Made by a program: the position numbers and the translations under genes
Assembly: GCA_963675515.1 (NCBI GenBank)
Contig: OY776328.1
Coordinates: 1,710,001-1,742,000 of the forward strand
Source: Coprobacillaceae bacterium
GTDB taxonomy: Bacteria; Bacillota_I; Bacilli_A; Erysipelotrichales; Coprobacillaceae
Length of the DNA stretch: 32,000 nt
Direction of reading: 5' to 3'
The notes under the pieces: generated by a model
Told to the model about the DNA's origin: nothing
Seen by the model: the letters and a program-made list of their open reading frames with translations, nothing else
Database searches by the model: none
Shown: one piece after another, positions 16,010-23,720 of the stretch
Layout of the letters: every line of letters begins with the position of its first letter
Numbering within the stretch: the first letter of the stretch is position 1

Positions 16010-17212
16010 ATGGCAAAAATAATGGCAGTAAATGCGGGCAGTTCATCGTTGAAGTTCCAATTGATTGAAATGCCTAGCGAGAAAGTTATATCTTCAGGGA
16101 TCGTTGAAAGAATCGGTCAAAATGAAGGTAACTTTGAAATAGTAGTAGACAACAAGAAGCACCAGATCACCCAGGAAATACCCGATCATAAGGCTGGTGT
16201 TGAAATGTTGCTCAAAGCGCTGATTGACTATAGCGCAGTGGCTTCATTGTCGGATATCGCCGCTTGCGGTCACCGGGTTGTCCAGGGAGGCGACTTCTTC
16301 AAAGATTCGGCAATCTGCACTGATGAAAATGTGGCAGTCGTTGAAAGTCTGATCGAACTAGCACCGCTCCACAATGGAGCCAATCTGGTGGGGTACCGTT
16401 CATTCAAAGAAGCGCTAGGCGTGGATTCGAAGCACGTCTTTGTCTTCGATACGGCTTTCCATCAGACCCTTGATCCGGAAAGATATCTGTACGCATTGCC
16501 CTACGAGTATTATGAAAACTACAAGATCAGAAAATACGGAGCTCACGGGACAAGCCACCAATACGTGTCTCAGGAGATCATAAAACACATGGGCAGTCCT
16601 AAAAAATCCCGCATAATCGTTTGCCACCTTGGAAATGGTGCAAGCATCTCGGCGGTCCAGGATGGAGTGTGCATCGACACCTCGATGGGATTCACTCCCC
16701 TTGCCGGTCTGATGATGGGTACCAGGTGTGGGGATATCGACCCTTCAATCATCCCCTTCATGTGCAAGAAACTGAACAAATCTCCAGACGAATTCCTGGA
16801 TATCATGAACAAGGAATCGGGAATGCTTGGCGTTTCTGGAATTTCTTCGGATTCAAGGGATATCGAAAACGCCCTTTTTAAAAAAGGTGACGAACGCGCA
16901 CTGATGACTGGACTTCTGTATTCCAGAATCGTGTCTAAATACATCGGTTCCTACGTCATGGAGCTTGGTGGAGTTGACGTAATCGCCTTTACCGCTGGGG
17001 TAGGGGAAAACGCATCATATTTAAGAAGGATAATCATCGACAACGTATCCCGTGCCTTGGGAGCCCATCTGGATGAAAAACTTAATGAGATCCGTTCGAA
17101 GGAAATCCGGACAATCTCTACTCCTAATTCGCAAGTCGAAGTCATGGTTGTTCCGACAAACGAAGAAATCATGATTGCGCGCGATGTGTGCCGAATCTAT
17201 GAAATCAGATAA
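16010..17212 (+). CDS. ackA: acetate kinase
   Basis: MAKIMAVNAGSSSLKFQL..., GHRVVQGG, FDTAFHQT, YGAHGTSH and a C-terminal VVPTNEEIMIA. Start is at the ATG at 16010 after ggaggt. The 15992 start in the track is an extension. Confidence 0.95.
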   Translation: MAKIMAVNAGSSSLKFQLIEMPSEKVISSGIVERIGQNEGNFEIVVDNKKHQITQEIPDHKAGVEMLLKALIDYSAVASLSDIAACGHRVVQGGDFFKDSAICTDENVAVVESLIELAPLHNGANLVGYRSFKEALGVDSKHVFVFDTAFHQTLDPERYLYALPYEYYENYKIRKYGAHGTSHQYVSQEIIKHMGSPKKSRIIVCHLGNGASISAVQDGVCIDTSMGFTPLAGLMMGTRCGDIDPSIIPFMCKKLNKSPDEFLDIMNKESGMLGVSGISSDSRDIENALFKKGDERALMTGLLYSRIVSKYIGSYVMELGGVDVIAFTAGVGENASYLRRIIIDNVSRALGAHLDEKLNEIRSKEIRTISTPNSQVEVMVVPTNEEIMIARDVCRIYEIR

Positions 17213-17231
17213 GTCTCTCAGGAGACTTTTT
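17210..17231 (+). terminator. rho-independent terminator of ackA
   Basis: aagtctc (17210-17216), loop tcag, gagactt (17221-17227), then a T-run. It overlaps the stop codon. Confidence 0.7.
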
Positions 17232-17304
17232 TGCTTATTGGAGCCTTTTTGTGGGTCTTAGTATCCAAATCGGTATTCAATACGTTCTTTTTTGGTTAAA
17301 CTTA

Positions 17305-17333
17305 GTGAAATTATGGCATAACTTTGGTAAAAT
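17305..17333 (+). promoter_or_regulatory. putative extended -10 promoter of nrnA
   Basis: TGgTAAAAT at 17325-17333. The -35 region is poor (gtgaaa). The 13-mer tttggtaaaatgg is identical to the truB promoter core. Confidence 0.35.
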
Positions 17334-17351
17334 GGGCGTAGGAGGAATTTG

Positions 17352-18284
17352 ATGAATACACAGATATTGAATAAAATTAAAGAATACAACCGGATTGTGC
17401 TGTTCCGCCATGTCAATCCCGACCTGGATTGTCTTGGAGCCCAGTTCGGTCTTTGCCAGTGGCTGGTTGACAATTTCGTGGATAAGGAAATATCTCTGGC
17501 TGGTGACTTTGATTTCGATGTGGTAGGTCTTTTCAAGTTTGATAATTACCGGACATTTGACGACAATGCCAGCGATTATCTTGCCATCGTGCTGGATACC
17601 GCCAATTTCGACCGCATCGACGGGGATGTTTCAAAAGCGAAGGAAATCATCAAGATTGACCATCATGTCGTTGTCGATAGTTTCGGCCATTACAATCTCG
17701 AGCTTTTTTCAAGCAGCACATGTGAAATCCTGGCCAACCTGGTAAGGGACTATCCTTGCTCACTTACCAAGGAAGCCGCCCGACTGCTGTACATTGGAAT
17801 CATCGGGGATTCCAACCGCTTCTTGTATGATTCAACAACACCCGAGACATTCAAGGCGGCTATCGCTTTGCTCGAAACCGGCATCAACATATCCCAGATC
17901 TACGACGACATGTATCTCATGAGCGCCAAGAATCTGGAAATCAAGAAATATATATACAACAAATACCAGGTCAAAGGAGCCGTGGCCTATTTCATCTTGA
18001 ACCAGGATGATCTTGACAACCTTGAAATATCAAGGGAAAAGGGCAGCGACAATGTCAACCTGCTTGCCGGGATAACCGAATACAAAATTTGGGCGGCAAT
18101 CACCCAGGACACCAAGAATGACAATTACCGCGTGTCGATGCGTTCGCGCAACCTCGATGTCCGCTCAGTGGCCCAGAAGTTCAATGGCGGAGGCCACAGG
18201 CAGGCTGCCGGGGCGCGGGCCAGGGATCTCGACGAGGTTGAAAAAATATTGAACATGTTAAAGGAGTTGGCAGATAATGGATAA
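17352..18284 (+). CDS. nrnA: DHH/DHHA1 phosphoesterase, NrnA-like (oligoribonuclease / pAp phosphatase)
   Basis: Motifs HVNPDLDCLG, LDTAN, IKIDHH, GIIGDSNRF and GGGHRQAAGA. Start is at the ATG at 17352, 5-6 nt after aggagga. Confidence 0.8.
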   Translation: MNTQILNKIKEYNRIVLFRHVNPDLDCLGAQFGLCQWLVDNFVDKEISLAGDFDFDVVGLFKFDNYRTFDDNASDYLAIVLDTANFDRIDGDVSKAKEIIKIDHHVVVDSFGHYNLELFSSSTCEILANLVRDYPCSLTKEAARLLYIGIIGDSNRFLYDSTTPETFKAAIALLETGINISQIYDDMYLMSAKNLEIKKYIYNKYQVKGAVAYFILNQDDLDNLEISREKGSDNVNLLAGITEYKIWAAITQDTKNDNYRVSMRSRNLDVRSVAQKFNGGGHRQAAGARARDLDEVEKILNMLKELADNG

Positions 18285-19938
18285 TTTCAATGAAAAGATC
18301 AATGAATGGATTCAATCACTCAGCGTTGTCAAGAAATGGCAGTCATCGCGGCCTTTGGGTCCCTTATATGCCCTGGTCATCACTCTGGTTCTTGGAGCTT
18401 TGATGGAGTGGTTCGCGCTGATCCCGCTTAACCTGCGCTCAGTCGAGTTTATCAGTTTTGCGATATTCCTGCTTGTCATTTACGCTTTTTTGGCGGTAAT
18501 GTTCACAGCACGGTTCAATATTTTTGTGAAATTGCCTCTGATCCTTGCGGCGGCCTTGTTTTTCTACAACGTGTTCGGGGGACTGACCGGATTGAAGATA
18601 TTCAATGCCGATCGTTACAAAGACCAACTGATCCTTGATGACACTGCCGATTTTTACGCCGACAACGAAGCAATATCGTTCAATGCGATTCCGGTTGTCG
18701 ACCGTCAGTCGTCGATTGTGCTAGGTGACCGCAAAATGGGGGAGATTGTCGACTACGTGTCCCAGTTCGAAGTGAATCAGGACTACATCCAGATCAACTA
18801 CAAGAACACCCCATACCGGGTGACCCCGCTTGAGTACACCGATCTGATCCGCTGGTTCACCAACCGCAAGAACGGTCTTCCGGCATACATAACTGTCAAC
18901 ATGGTCACCCAGAAAGTCGAGGTGGTCGAACTCGATGAGGGAATGAAATATTCCGAATCGGAACCTCTTTTCCGCAATATCTACCGTCACTTGCGTTTCA
19001 ATTACCCGACGCTGATGTTCGAGGAACTGTCTTTCGAGATAGACGAAAGCGGAACACCTTATTACATTGCTCCTGTCTACAATTTCACCATAGGTATTTT
19101 CGGGGGCAAGGACATTGTCGGAGCGGTGCTGGTCAATGCGATCGATGGATCGAGCGAATATTATGACATCGACCAGGTCCCAAACTGGGTCGACCGGGTC
19201 TATCCGGCCTCACTGATTAATGCTCAGCTGATCAACTGGGGTAAATACAAAAATGGATTTTTCAATTCGGTGCTTGCCCAAAAAGGCGTATTGCAGCCAA
19301 CTGAGGGCTACAATTATGTGGCGCTCAACGATGATGTCTACTTCTACACCGGATTGACTTCGGCAACTTCGGACGCTTCGAATGTCGGTTTCGCTCTGGT
19401 GAATTTGAGAACCAAGGAATCCAAATATTATGGCATCTCAGGGGCCGAGGAATTCTCGGCAATGTCTTCGGCTGAAGGACAAGTCCAGCATTTGGGCTAC
19501 AATGCCACATTCCCAATCCTTATCAACAGCAGTGGCATTCCGACATATTTCCTGTCTCTCAAGGACAATGCCAACCTGGTAAAGAAATATGCCTTCGTAT
19601 CTGTTGAAAACTACCAGATTGTGGCTACCGGTGACAGTGTTCTTGGTGCGCAGACCGCCTATGTCCAGTTGTTAAAGGAAAACGGCATCCTCAATGGAGG
19701 CGACGTGGTAGTGGGCGATGCGACTGTGCTTGAAGGTGTCGTAAGCGAAATAACCGCGGCGGTAATCGAAGGCAACTCAACCTACTATTTCAAACTCGAA
19801 GGACAGGATGAAATTTTCATCGCTGACATCTCACTAAACAGCGCTCTTCCTTTGCTTAAGGCCGGTCAAAGTGTTGAAGTGACATATCTTGAAACCGGAG
19901 ACAGTTCGGTAGTCATTTCAAATATCGAAATATTCTAA
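18277..19938 (+). CDS. hypothetical membrane protein: about 3 N-terminal TM helices plus a roughly 430-aa extracytoplasmic domain
   Basis: 553-aa ORF with no competing frame. TM candidates are LYALVITLVLGALMEWFALI, FISFAIFLLVIYAFLAVMF and LPLILAAALFFYNVFGGLTGL. Its ATG overlaps the nrnA stop by 8 nt (ATGGATAA). I do not recognise the family. Confidence 0.6.
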   Translation: MDNFNEKINEWIQSLSVVKKWQSSRPLGPLYALVITLVLGALMEWFALIPLNLRSVEFISFAIFLLVIYAFLAVMFTARFNIFVKLPLILAAALFFYNVFGGLTGLKIFNADRYKDQLILDDTADFYADNEAISFNAIPVVDRQSSIVLGDRKMGEIVDYVSQFEVNQDYIQINYKNTPYRVTPLEYTDLIRWFTNRKNGLPAYITVNMVTQKVEVVELDEGMKYSESEPLFRNIYRHLRFNYPTLMFEELSFEIDESGTPYYIAPVYNFTIGIFGGKDIVGAVLVNAIDGSSEYYDIDQVPNWVDRVYPASLINAQLINWGKYKNGFFNSVLAQKGVLQPTEGYNYVALNDDVYFYTGLTSATSDASNVGFALVNLRTKESKYYGISGAEEFSAMSSAEGQVQHLGYNATFPILINSSGIPTYFLSLKDNANLVKKYAFVSVENYQIVATGDSVLGAQTAYVQLLKENGILNGGDVVVGDATVLEGVVSEITAAVIEGNSTYYFKLEGQDEIFIADISLNSALPLLKAGQSVEVTYLETGDSSVVISNIEIF

Positions 19939-19944
19939 TCGATT

Positions 19945-19977
19945 AGGTCACCCTGTCTAAGGATCGGGTGGCTTTTT
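19945..19977 (+). terminator. rho-independent terminator after the membrane protein gene
   Basis: ggtcaccc (19946-19953), 12-nt loop, gggtggct (19966-19973, with G.U pairs), then ttttt. Confidence 0.55.
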
Positions 19978-19984
19978 CATAAGC

Positions 19985-20013
19985 ACATTGAGGCAAGTTT
20001 TTTGAAGTTTAAT
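19985..20013. repeat. 29-bp direct repeat (target-site duplication, copy 1)
   Basis: acattgaggcaagttttttgaagtttaat is identical to 21565-21593. Confidence 0.8.
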
Positions 20014-21564
20014 GTCAAGCGAAATTGATAATGTCTTAAAAATTGTTAAACATTAGCACTGTTTTCACGGTGCTTTTGTTTTGCCAAGTAATTCATATAG
20101 GAAGCTTGTTTCCATGGATGACTCAATGGCGGTATATATTGCTTTTTCTTCTTTGGCTTGGTAGCCTGTTCTTCATCAAAGTTCTTCGAATACATTTGCC
20201 GATCAGGCACGTTCTCGAGTAAATACAGATTATCCAAGATATTCACATAGAGATTTCCATCGTAGGCTTCGATAACCATACTATCGGTCTTGTTTTTAAA
20301 GAATACCCTTACATCTTTATCTGTTTTAGGTATATAGTAGGCATTCTTGTATTTTATGCAATGTCCGCCATCGATTTTTCTTGGTGAAATGACAGCGAGC
20401 GTCTGGTTGATTTTTTCCAAAGATGGTTGTTTTTCGAAAACTGTTTTGGTACTATTTAGTCGTAGAGCGAATTTGTCATTAAGTTTTTTTAGGTAGGACT
20501 TCAGAAACTCGTTGGCATCCTCTATTTTCGTTATATTAGCGCGGCGCAGGTCGACAGGTAATCGTGATTGAAATGTTTGGTTCATTCTCTCTACACGGCC
20601 TTTGGCTTGTGCTACGCTAGTTGTTTTGATTTCAACACCCAATTGATGGCAGGCGTAAGAAAATTGCGTGAAGGTATCTTCGTCATCGAATGCGGTGTTT
20701 TTTCTTTTGTATTCGAAAACTGTCCGCCTGTCGGTGTAAAACATAGCCGGGATGCCATAATCAGTCAATATCTGATGGAATACATTATAATAGCCCTTTA
20801 ACGTTTCCTGGGTGTCGAAATAAGCTCCAACTACTTTACTGGTTGAATCATCGACGGCCAGGTGGAGATGCCAAATCTCACCAGGGACCCATTCAAAGCT
20901 GCTTGCATCCATCTGGATCATCTCACCGAAGTATTTACTCCGTGGACGGCGAGGATGAGCCTTGTTGCTTTCAATAACGGCTATAGATTCCTTTAATTTA
21001 TTGGCAGCTTTTGCGGATTTGGTTTTATCCAATTTGGCCGCTAAAGCAATTCTCATGGCCTTCTTGGTCTTTCTTCTGGCCCTTGGAGACAAAACGTATT
21101 CTTGCTTCAGCCAGTTATTGATGGTTGTGTCGGAAACTTTTATCTTCAGCTCCTCCTCGACTATTTCGGCAAAATGAGCCAAATTGGCATCGGTGTACTT
21201 AGCGAGATACAAGTCAATAATCATCGCCTTTGTTTCGGGATCAAAAGTATGTGCCGGTAGATTGCCGCGGTTGCCATGGACAAAGCCTTGTTTACCAAAT
21301 TGTTTATATTTCAAGATTAGCCGGTTGACTGTCCTGGTTGAACAGTTAAGTCTCGTAGCTGCTCGCTTCTTGTTGCCGTTGGTTTCAACCAGTTTCTTGA
21401 TTACTTTATATTTTTCTAATTCGTTCATTCTAAGATCTACCTTTCTCATCTAAATACCTCCATAAAATCATAGAGGTTTATGATACCATATTTCCAGGAT
21501 TTGATGTAGGACCTTGGGACATAATCATCTTCCTTACATTAAGACAATATCATATTCGTTCTAG
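20014..21564 (-). mobile_element. insertion sequence, IS1202-group / ISNCY-like, about 1.55 kb
   Basis: A single DDE transposase gene bounded by imperfect inverted repeats. cgaaattgataatgtcttaa (20020-20039) matches the reverse complement of 21539-21558 (cgaatatgatattgtcttaa) at 17 of 20 positions. The whole unit is bracketed by a perfect 29-bp direct repeat. Confidence 0.8.
20046..21449 (-). CDS. DDE transposase (HTH plus rve/integrase core), ISNCY/IS1202-like
   Basis: 467 aa. N-terminal HTH (NGNKKRAATRLNCSTRTVNRLILKY). DDE candidates in MIQMDASSFEW, MFYTDRRTVF and AQAKGRVERMNQTFQSRL. RBS ggaggt lies 6 nt upstream. Codon usage is more AT-rich than in the flanking genes. Confidence 0.85.
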   Translation of the reverse strand: MRKVDLRMNELEKYKVIKKLVETNGNKKRAATRLNCSTRTVNRLILKYKQFGKQGFVHGNRGNLPAHTFDPETKAMIIDLYLAKYTDANLAHFAEIVEEELKIKVSDTTINNWLKQEYVLSPRARRKTKKAMRIALAAKLDKTKSAKAANKLKESIAVIESNKAHPRRPRSKYFGEMIQMDASSFEWVPGEIWHLHLAVDDSTSKVVGAYFDTQETLKGYYNVFHQILTDYGIPAMFYTDRRTVFEYKRKNTAFDDEDTFTQFSYACHQLGVEIKTTSVAQAKGRVERMNQTFQSRLPVDLRRANITKIEDANEFLKSYLKKLNDKFALRLNSTKTVFEKQPSLEKINQTLAVISPRKIDGGHCIKYKNAYYIPKTDKDVRVFFKNKTDSMVIEAYDGNLYVNILDNLYLLENVPDRQMYSKNFDEEQATKPKKKKQYIPPLSHPWKQASYMNYLAKQKHRENSANV

Positions 21565-21593
21565 ACATTGAGGCAAGTTTTTTGAAGTTTAAT
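21565..21593. repeat. 29-bp direct repeat (target-site duplication, copy 2)
   Basis: Identical to 19985-20013. Confidence 0.8.
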
Positions 21594-21621
21594 TGTCAGA
21601 CATTGCCGGATTTGATATAAT
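21593..21621 (+). promoter_or_regulatory. putative sigma-A promoter of the two-component operon
   Basis: -35 TTGTCA (21593-21598), 17-nt spacer, extended -10 TGaTATAAT (21613-21621). The first T of the -35 box is the last base of the direct repeat. Confidence 0.5.
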
Positions 21622-21660
21622 GAAGTGAATACATAAAAAGACACTTGCAAGGAGGTCGCT

Positions 21661-22338
21661 ATGAAATCAAAAATTTTAGTCGTGGATGACGAGCAGGATA
21701 TCCGCGAGTTGATAAAGTTTTACCTTAAAAAAGAAGGATTTGAAGTATTCGAGGCCGCCAATGGTTTCGAGGCCTTGGAAATTCTTGAAAGCGAGTATAT
21801 CGATCTGGGTGTGATCGATGTGATGATGCCAAAGATGGACGGTTTCGAACTGGTCGAAAAAATGAAGGACATCAAAGACGTTCCAGTCATCATGCTTACC
21901 GCCAAATCCCAATCTAAAGACAAGCTGCGGGGATTTGAAATCGGAGTCGACGACTATGTGACCAAGCCTTTCGATGCGAGCGAACTTATCGCCAGAATCA
22001 AGGCCGTATTGAAACGCTATTCAATCAATGCGTCAAACATAATCAAGATCAACGAGACCGAATTCGACGGGGACAAATACGAGATCCGCTACAGCGGAGG
22101 AACCATCCATCTGCCACTTAAGCAATTCGAGCTGGTTTTCGAACTGGTAAAATCACCGAACCACATTTTTTCGCGGGAACAGCTGATTGAAAAAATCTGG
22201 GGCATGGACTATGACGGCTTCGACCGGACTGTTGACGTCCATATCAAGCGGGTCCGCGAAAACCTCAAGGACGTTCCCGGTTTCAAGATTGTTACGGTAC
22301 GTGGACTGGGCTACAAGGCCGAGGTTGAAGGCAAATGA
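21661..22338 (+). CDS. OmpR-family response regulator
   Basis: Receiver domain (ILVVDDE, phospho-acceptor context VIDVMMPKMDG, TAKS, K in DDYVTKPF) plus a winged-helix output domain (RTVDVHIKRVRENL...VRGLGYK). Confidence 0.9.
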   Translation: MKSKILVVDDEQDIRELIKFYLKKEGFEVFEAANGFEALEILESEYIDLGVIDVMMPKMDGFELVEKMKDIKDVPVIMLTAKSQSKDKLRGFEIGVDDYVTKPFDASELIARIKAVLKRYSINASNIIKINETEFDGDKYEIRYSGGTIHLPLKQFELVFELVKSPNHIFSREQLIEKIWGMDYDGFDRTVDVHIKRVRENLKDVPGFKIVTVRGLGYKAEVEGK

Positions 22339-23711
22339 AATCGATCTATTCGAAACTTATTTTGGGTTTTTTGATCACCATTTTGCTTTCATTCCCGATT
22401 GCCGGAATAGTCGCCTTCAATATGAACGGAACCGAGGTCGACCAGCAGGTCGGAAGCGAGCTGGCAAAGGAGTTCGACTTTCTCGAGGCCACCGCGGGTT
22501 CAGTAGAATCCAATGTAAAACTCTACGAAATCCTCAGCGACTATTCCAGCTCGCTTGACAGCGCGATCACCCTCTATTACAATCAGCAGAATTATTACTA
22601 TGGCACGCCCCACCAAAGAATCAGCCTGACTGAGATAACCAACCTGTTCAATACGGATGTGACCATAGCCACGGCCACCAACTCCGAAGTGATTTACGGC
22701 AGGAAAGTCAAGATTCTTGACAGCGATGCCTACCTGCTTATCCAGAAGGATACTTTAAAGCGCAAGCAGTCATATCTCAATTCGATGCTTATCGTTTTCT
22801 CGGGTATCTTTTTGATGGGGACTATCGTCTTTTTTGTGGTTGCCGATGTGATCGTGCGCCCGATCACAAAACTGATCAAGGCTACCAATGATGTCTCCAA
22901 CGGAAACTATGGTGTCCGGGTATCATATACGGGCGATGATGAGATATCCAAGCTCAACAAGGCATTCAACCAGATGGCGGTCCAGCTTGGCAAGCAGGAA
23001 GTTTATCGCCAGAAATTCATCTCTGATGTCTCGCACGAATTCCAGACGCCATTGACATCGATCCAGGGTTTCGCGAAAATCATCAAGGACGAATCACAAC
23101 TCCCACGCGACCAGCTTGAAAGATATGTCGACATCATCATCTACAATTCCAGTCGGCTCTCCCAGCTTTCAAAAAACATGCTCCAGCTGACGATGCTTGA
23201 AAGCGAACAGGCCCAATTGGATCTTGAAGAATATAATCTTCTTGAACAGCTTACGATGGTGGCGAATTCGATGGAATCGAACGCCTTGAAAAAGGACATC
23301 GAGATCAAATTCGATTTTCCAAAAAAGGCGGTCCTTGTCTACGGCGACAAAAGCAAACTTGAACAAGTCTGGACGAACTTGATATCCAATGCGATCAAAT
23401 ATACGCTTGACCATGGCCTGATCACAATCAGTGTCAAAAGGAATCCAAAATCAATCGATGTAAGCGTCGAAGATACCGGACTGGGAATGTCAAAGGAAGT
23501 CATATCCCATATTTTCGAACGGTTCTACCGGGAAGACAAATCCCGCAACATCGAAGGAAACGGACTGGGACTTTCGATAGTGAGGACAATCGTCGACCTG
23601 CACGGGGGCAAAATCGACGTGCAATCAACAGTGGACGTCGGTTCGGTTTTCACCGTAAGCCTTCCGGCTTACACCCAACGGGCGATCGAACGCTTGAATA
23701 TTAAAAGATAG
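22335..23711 (+). CDS. sensor histidine kinase (2 TM, about 125-aa extracytoplasmic loop, HAMP, HisKA, HATPase_c)
   Basis: H-box FISDVSHEFQTPLTSI, N-box LISNAIKYT, G1 VEDTGLGM and G2 GNGLGLSIV. The ATGA overlap with the regulator gene indicates translational coupling. Confidence 0.9.
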   Translation: MKSIYSKLILGFLITILLSFPIAGIVAFNMNGTEVDQQVGSELAKEFDFLEATAGSVESNVKLYEILSDYSSSLDSAITLYYNQQNYYYGTPHQRISLTEITNLFNTDVTIATATNSEVIYGRKVKILDSDAYLLIQKDTLKRKQSYLNSMLIVFSGIFLMGTIVFFVVADVIVRPITKLIKATNDVSNGNYGVRVSYTGDDEISKLNKAFNQMAVQLGKQEVYRQKFISDVSHEFQTPLTSIQGFAKIIKDESQLPRDQLERYVDIIIYNSSRLSQLSKNMLQLTMLESEQAQLDLEEYNLLEQLTMVANSMESNALKKDIEIKFDFPKKAVLVYGDKSKLEQVWTNLISNAIKYTLDHGLITISVKRNPKSIDVSVEDTGLGMSKEVISHIFERFYREDKSRNIEGNGLGLSIVRTIVDLHGGKIDVQSTVDVGSVFTVSLPAYTQRAIERLNIKR

Positions 23712-23720
23712 GGGAATTAT

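Noticed and set aside
17258-17536. A 92-aa minus-strand ORF spanning the ackA-nrnA spacer and the nrnA 5' end.
   Set aside because: It is antisense to the nrnA start and promoter. The sequence is basic, low-complexity and Ser/Arg/Thr-rich, with no RBS and no terminator.
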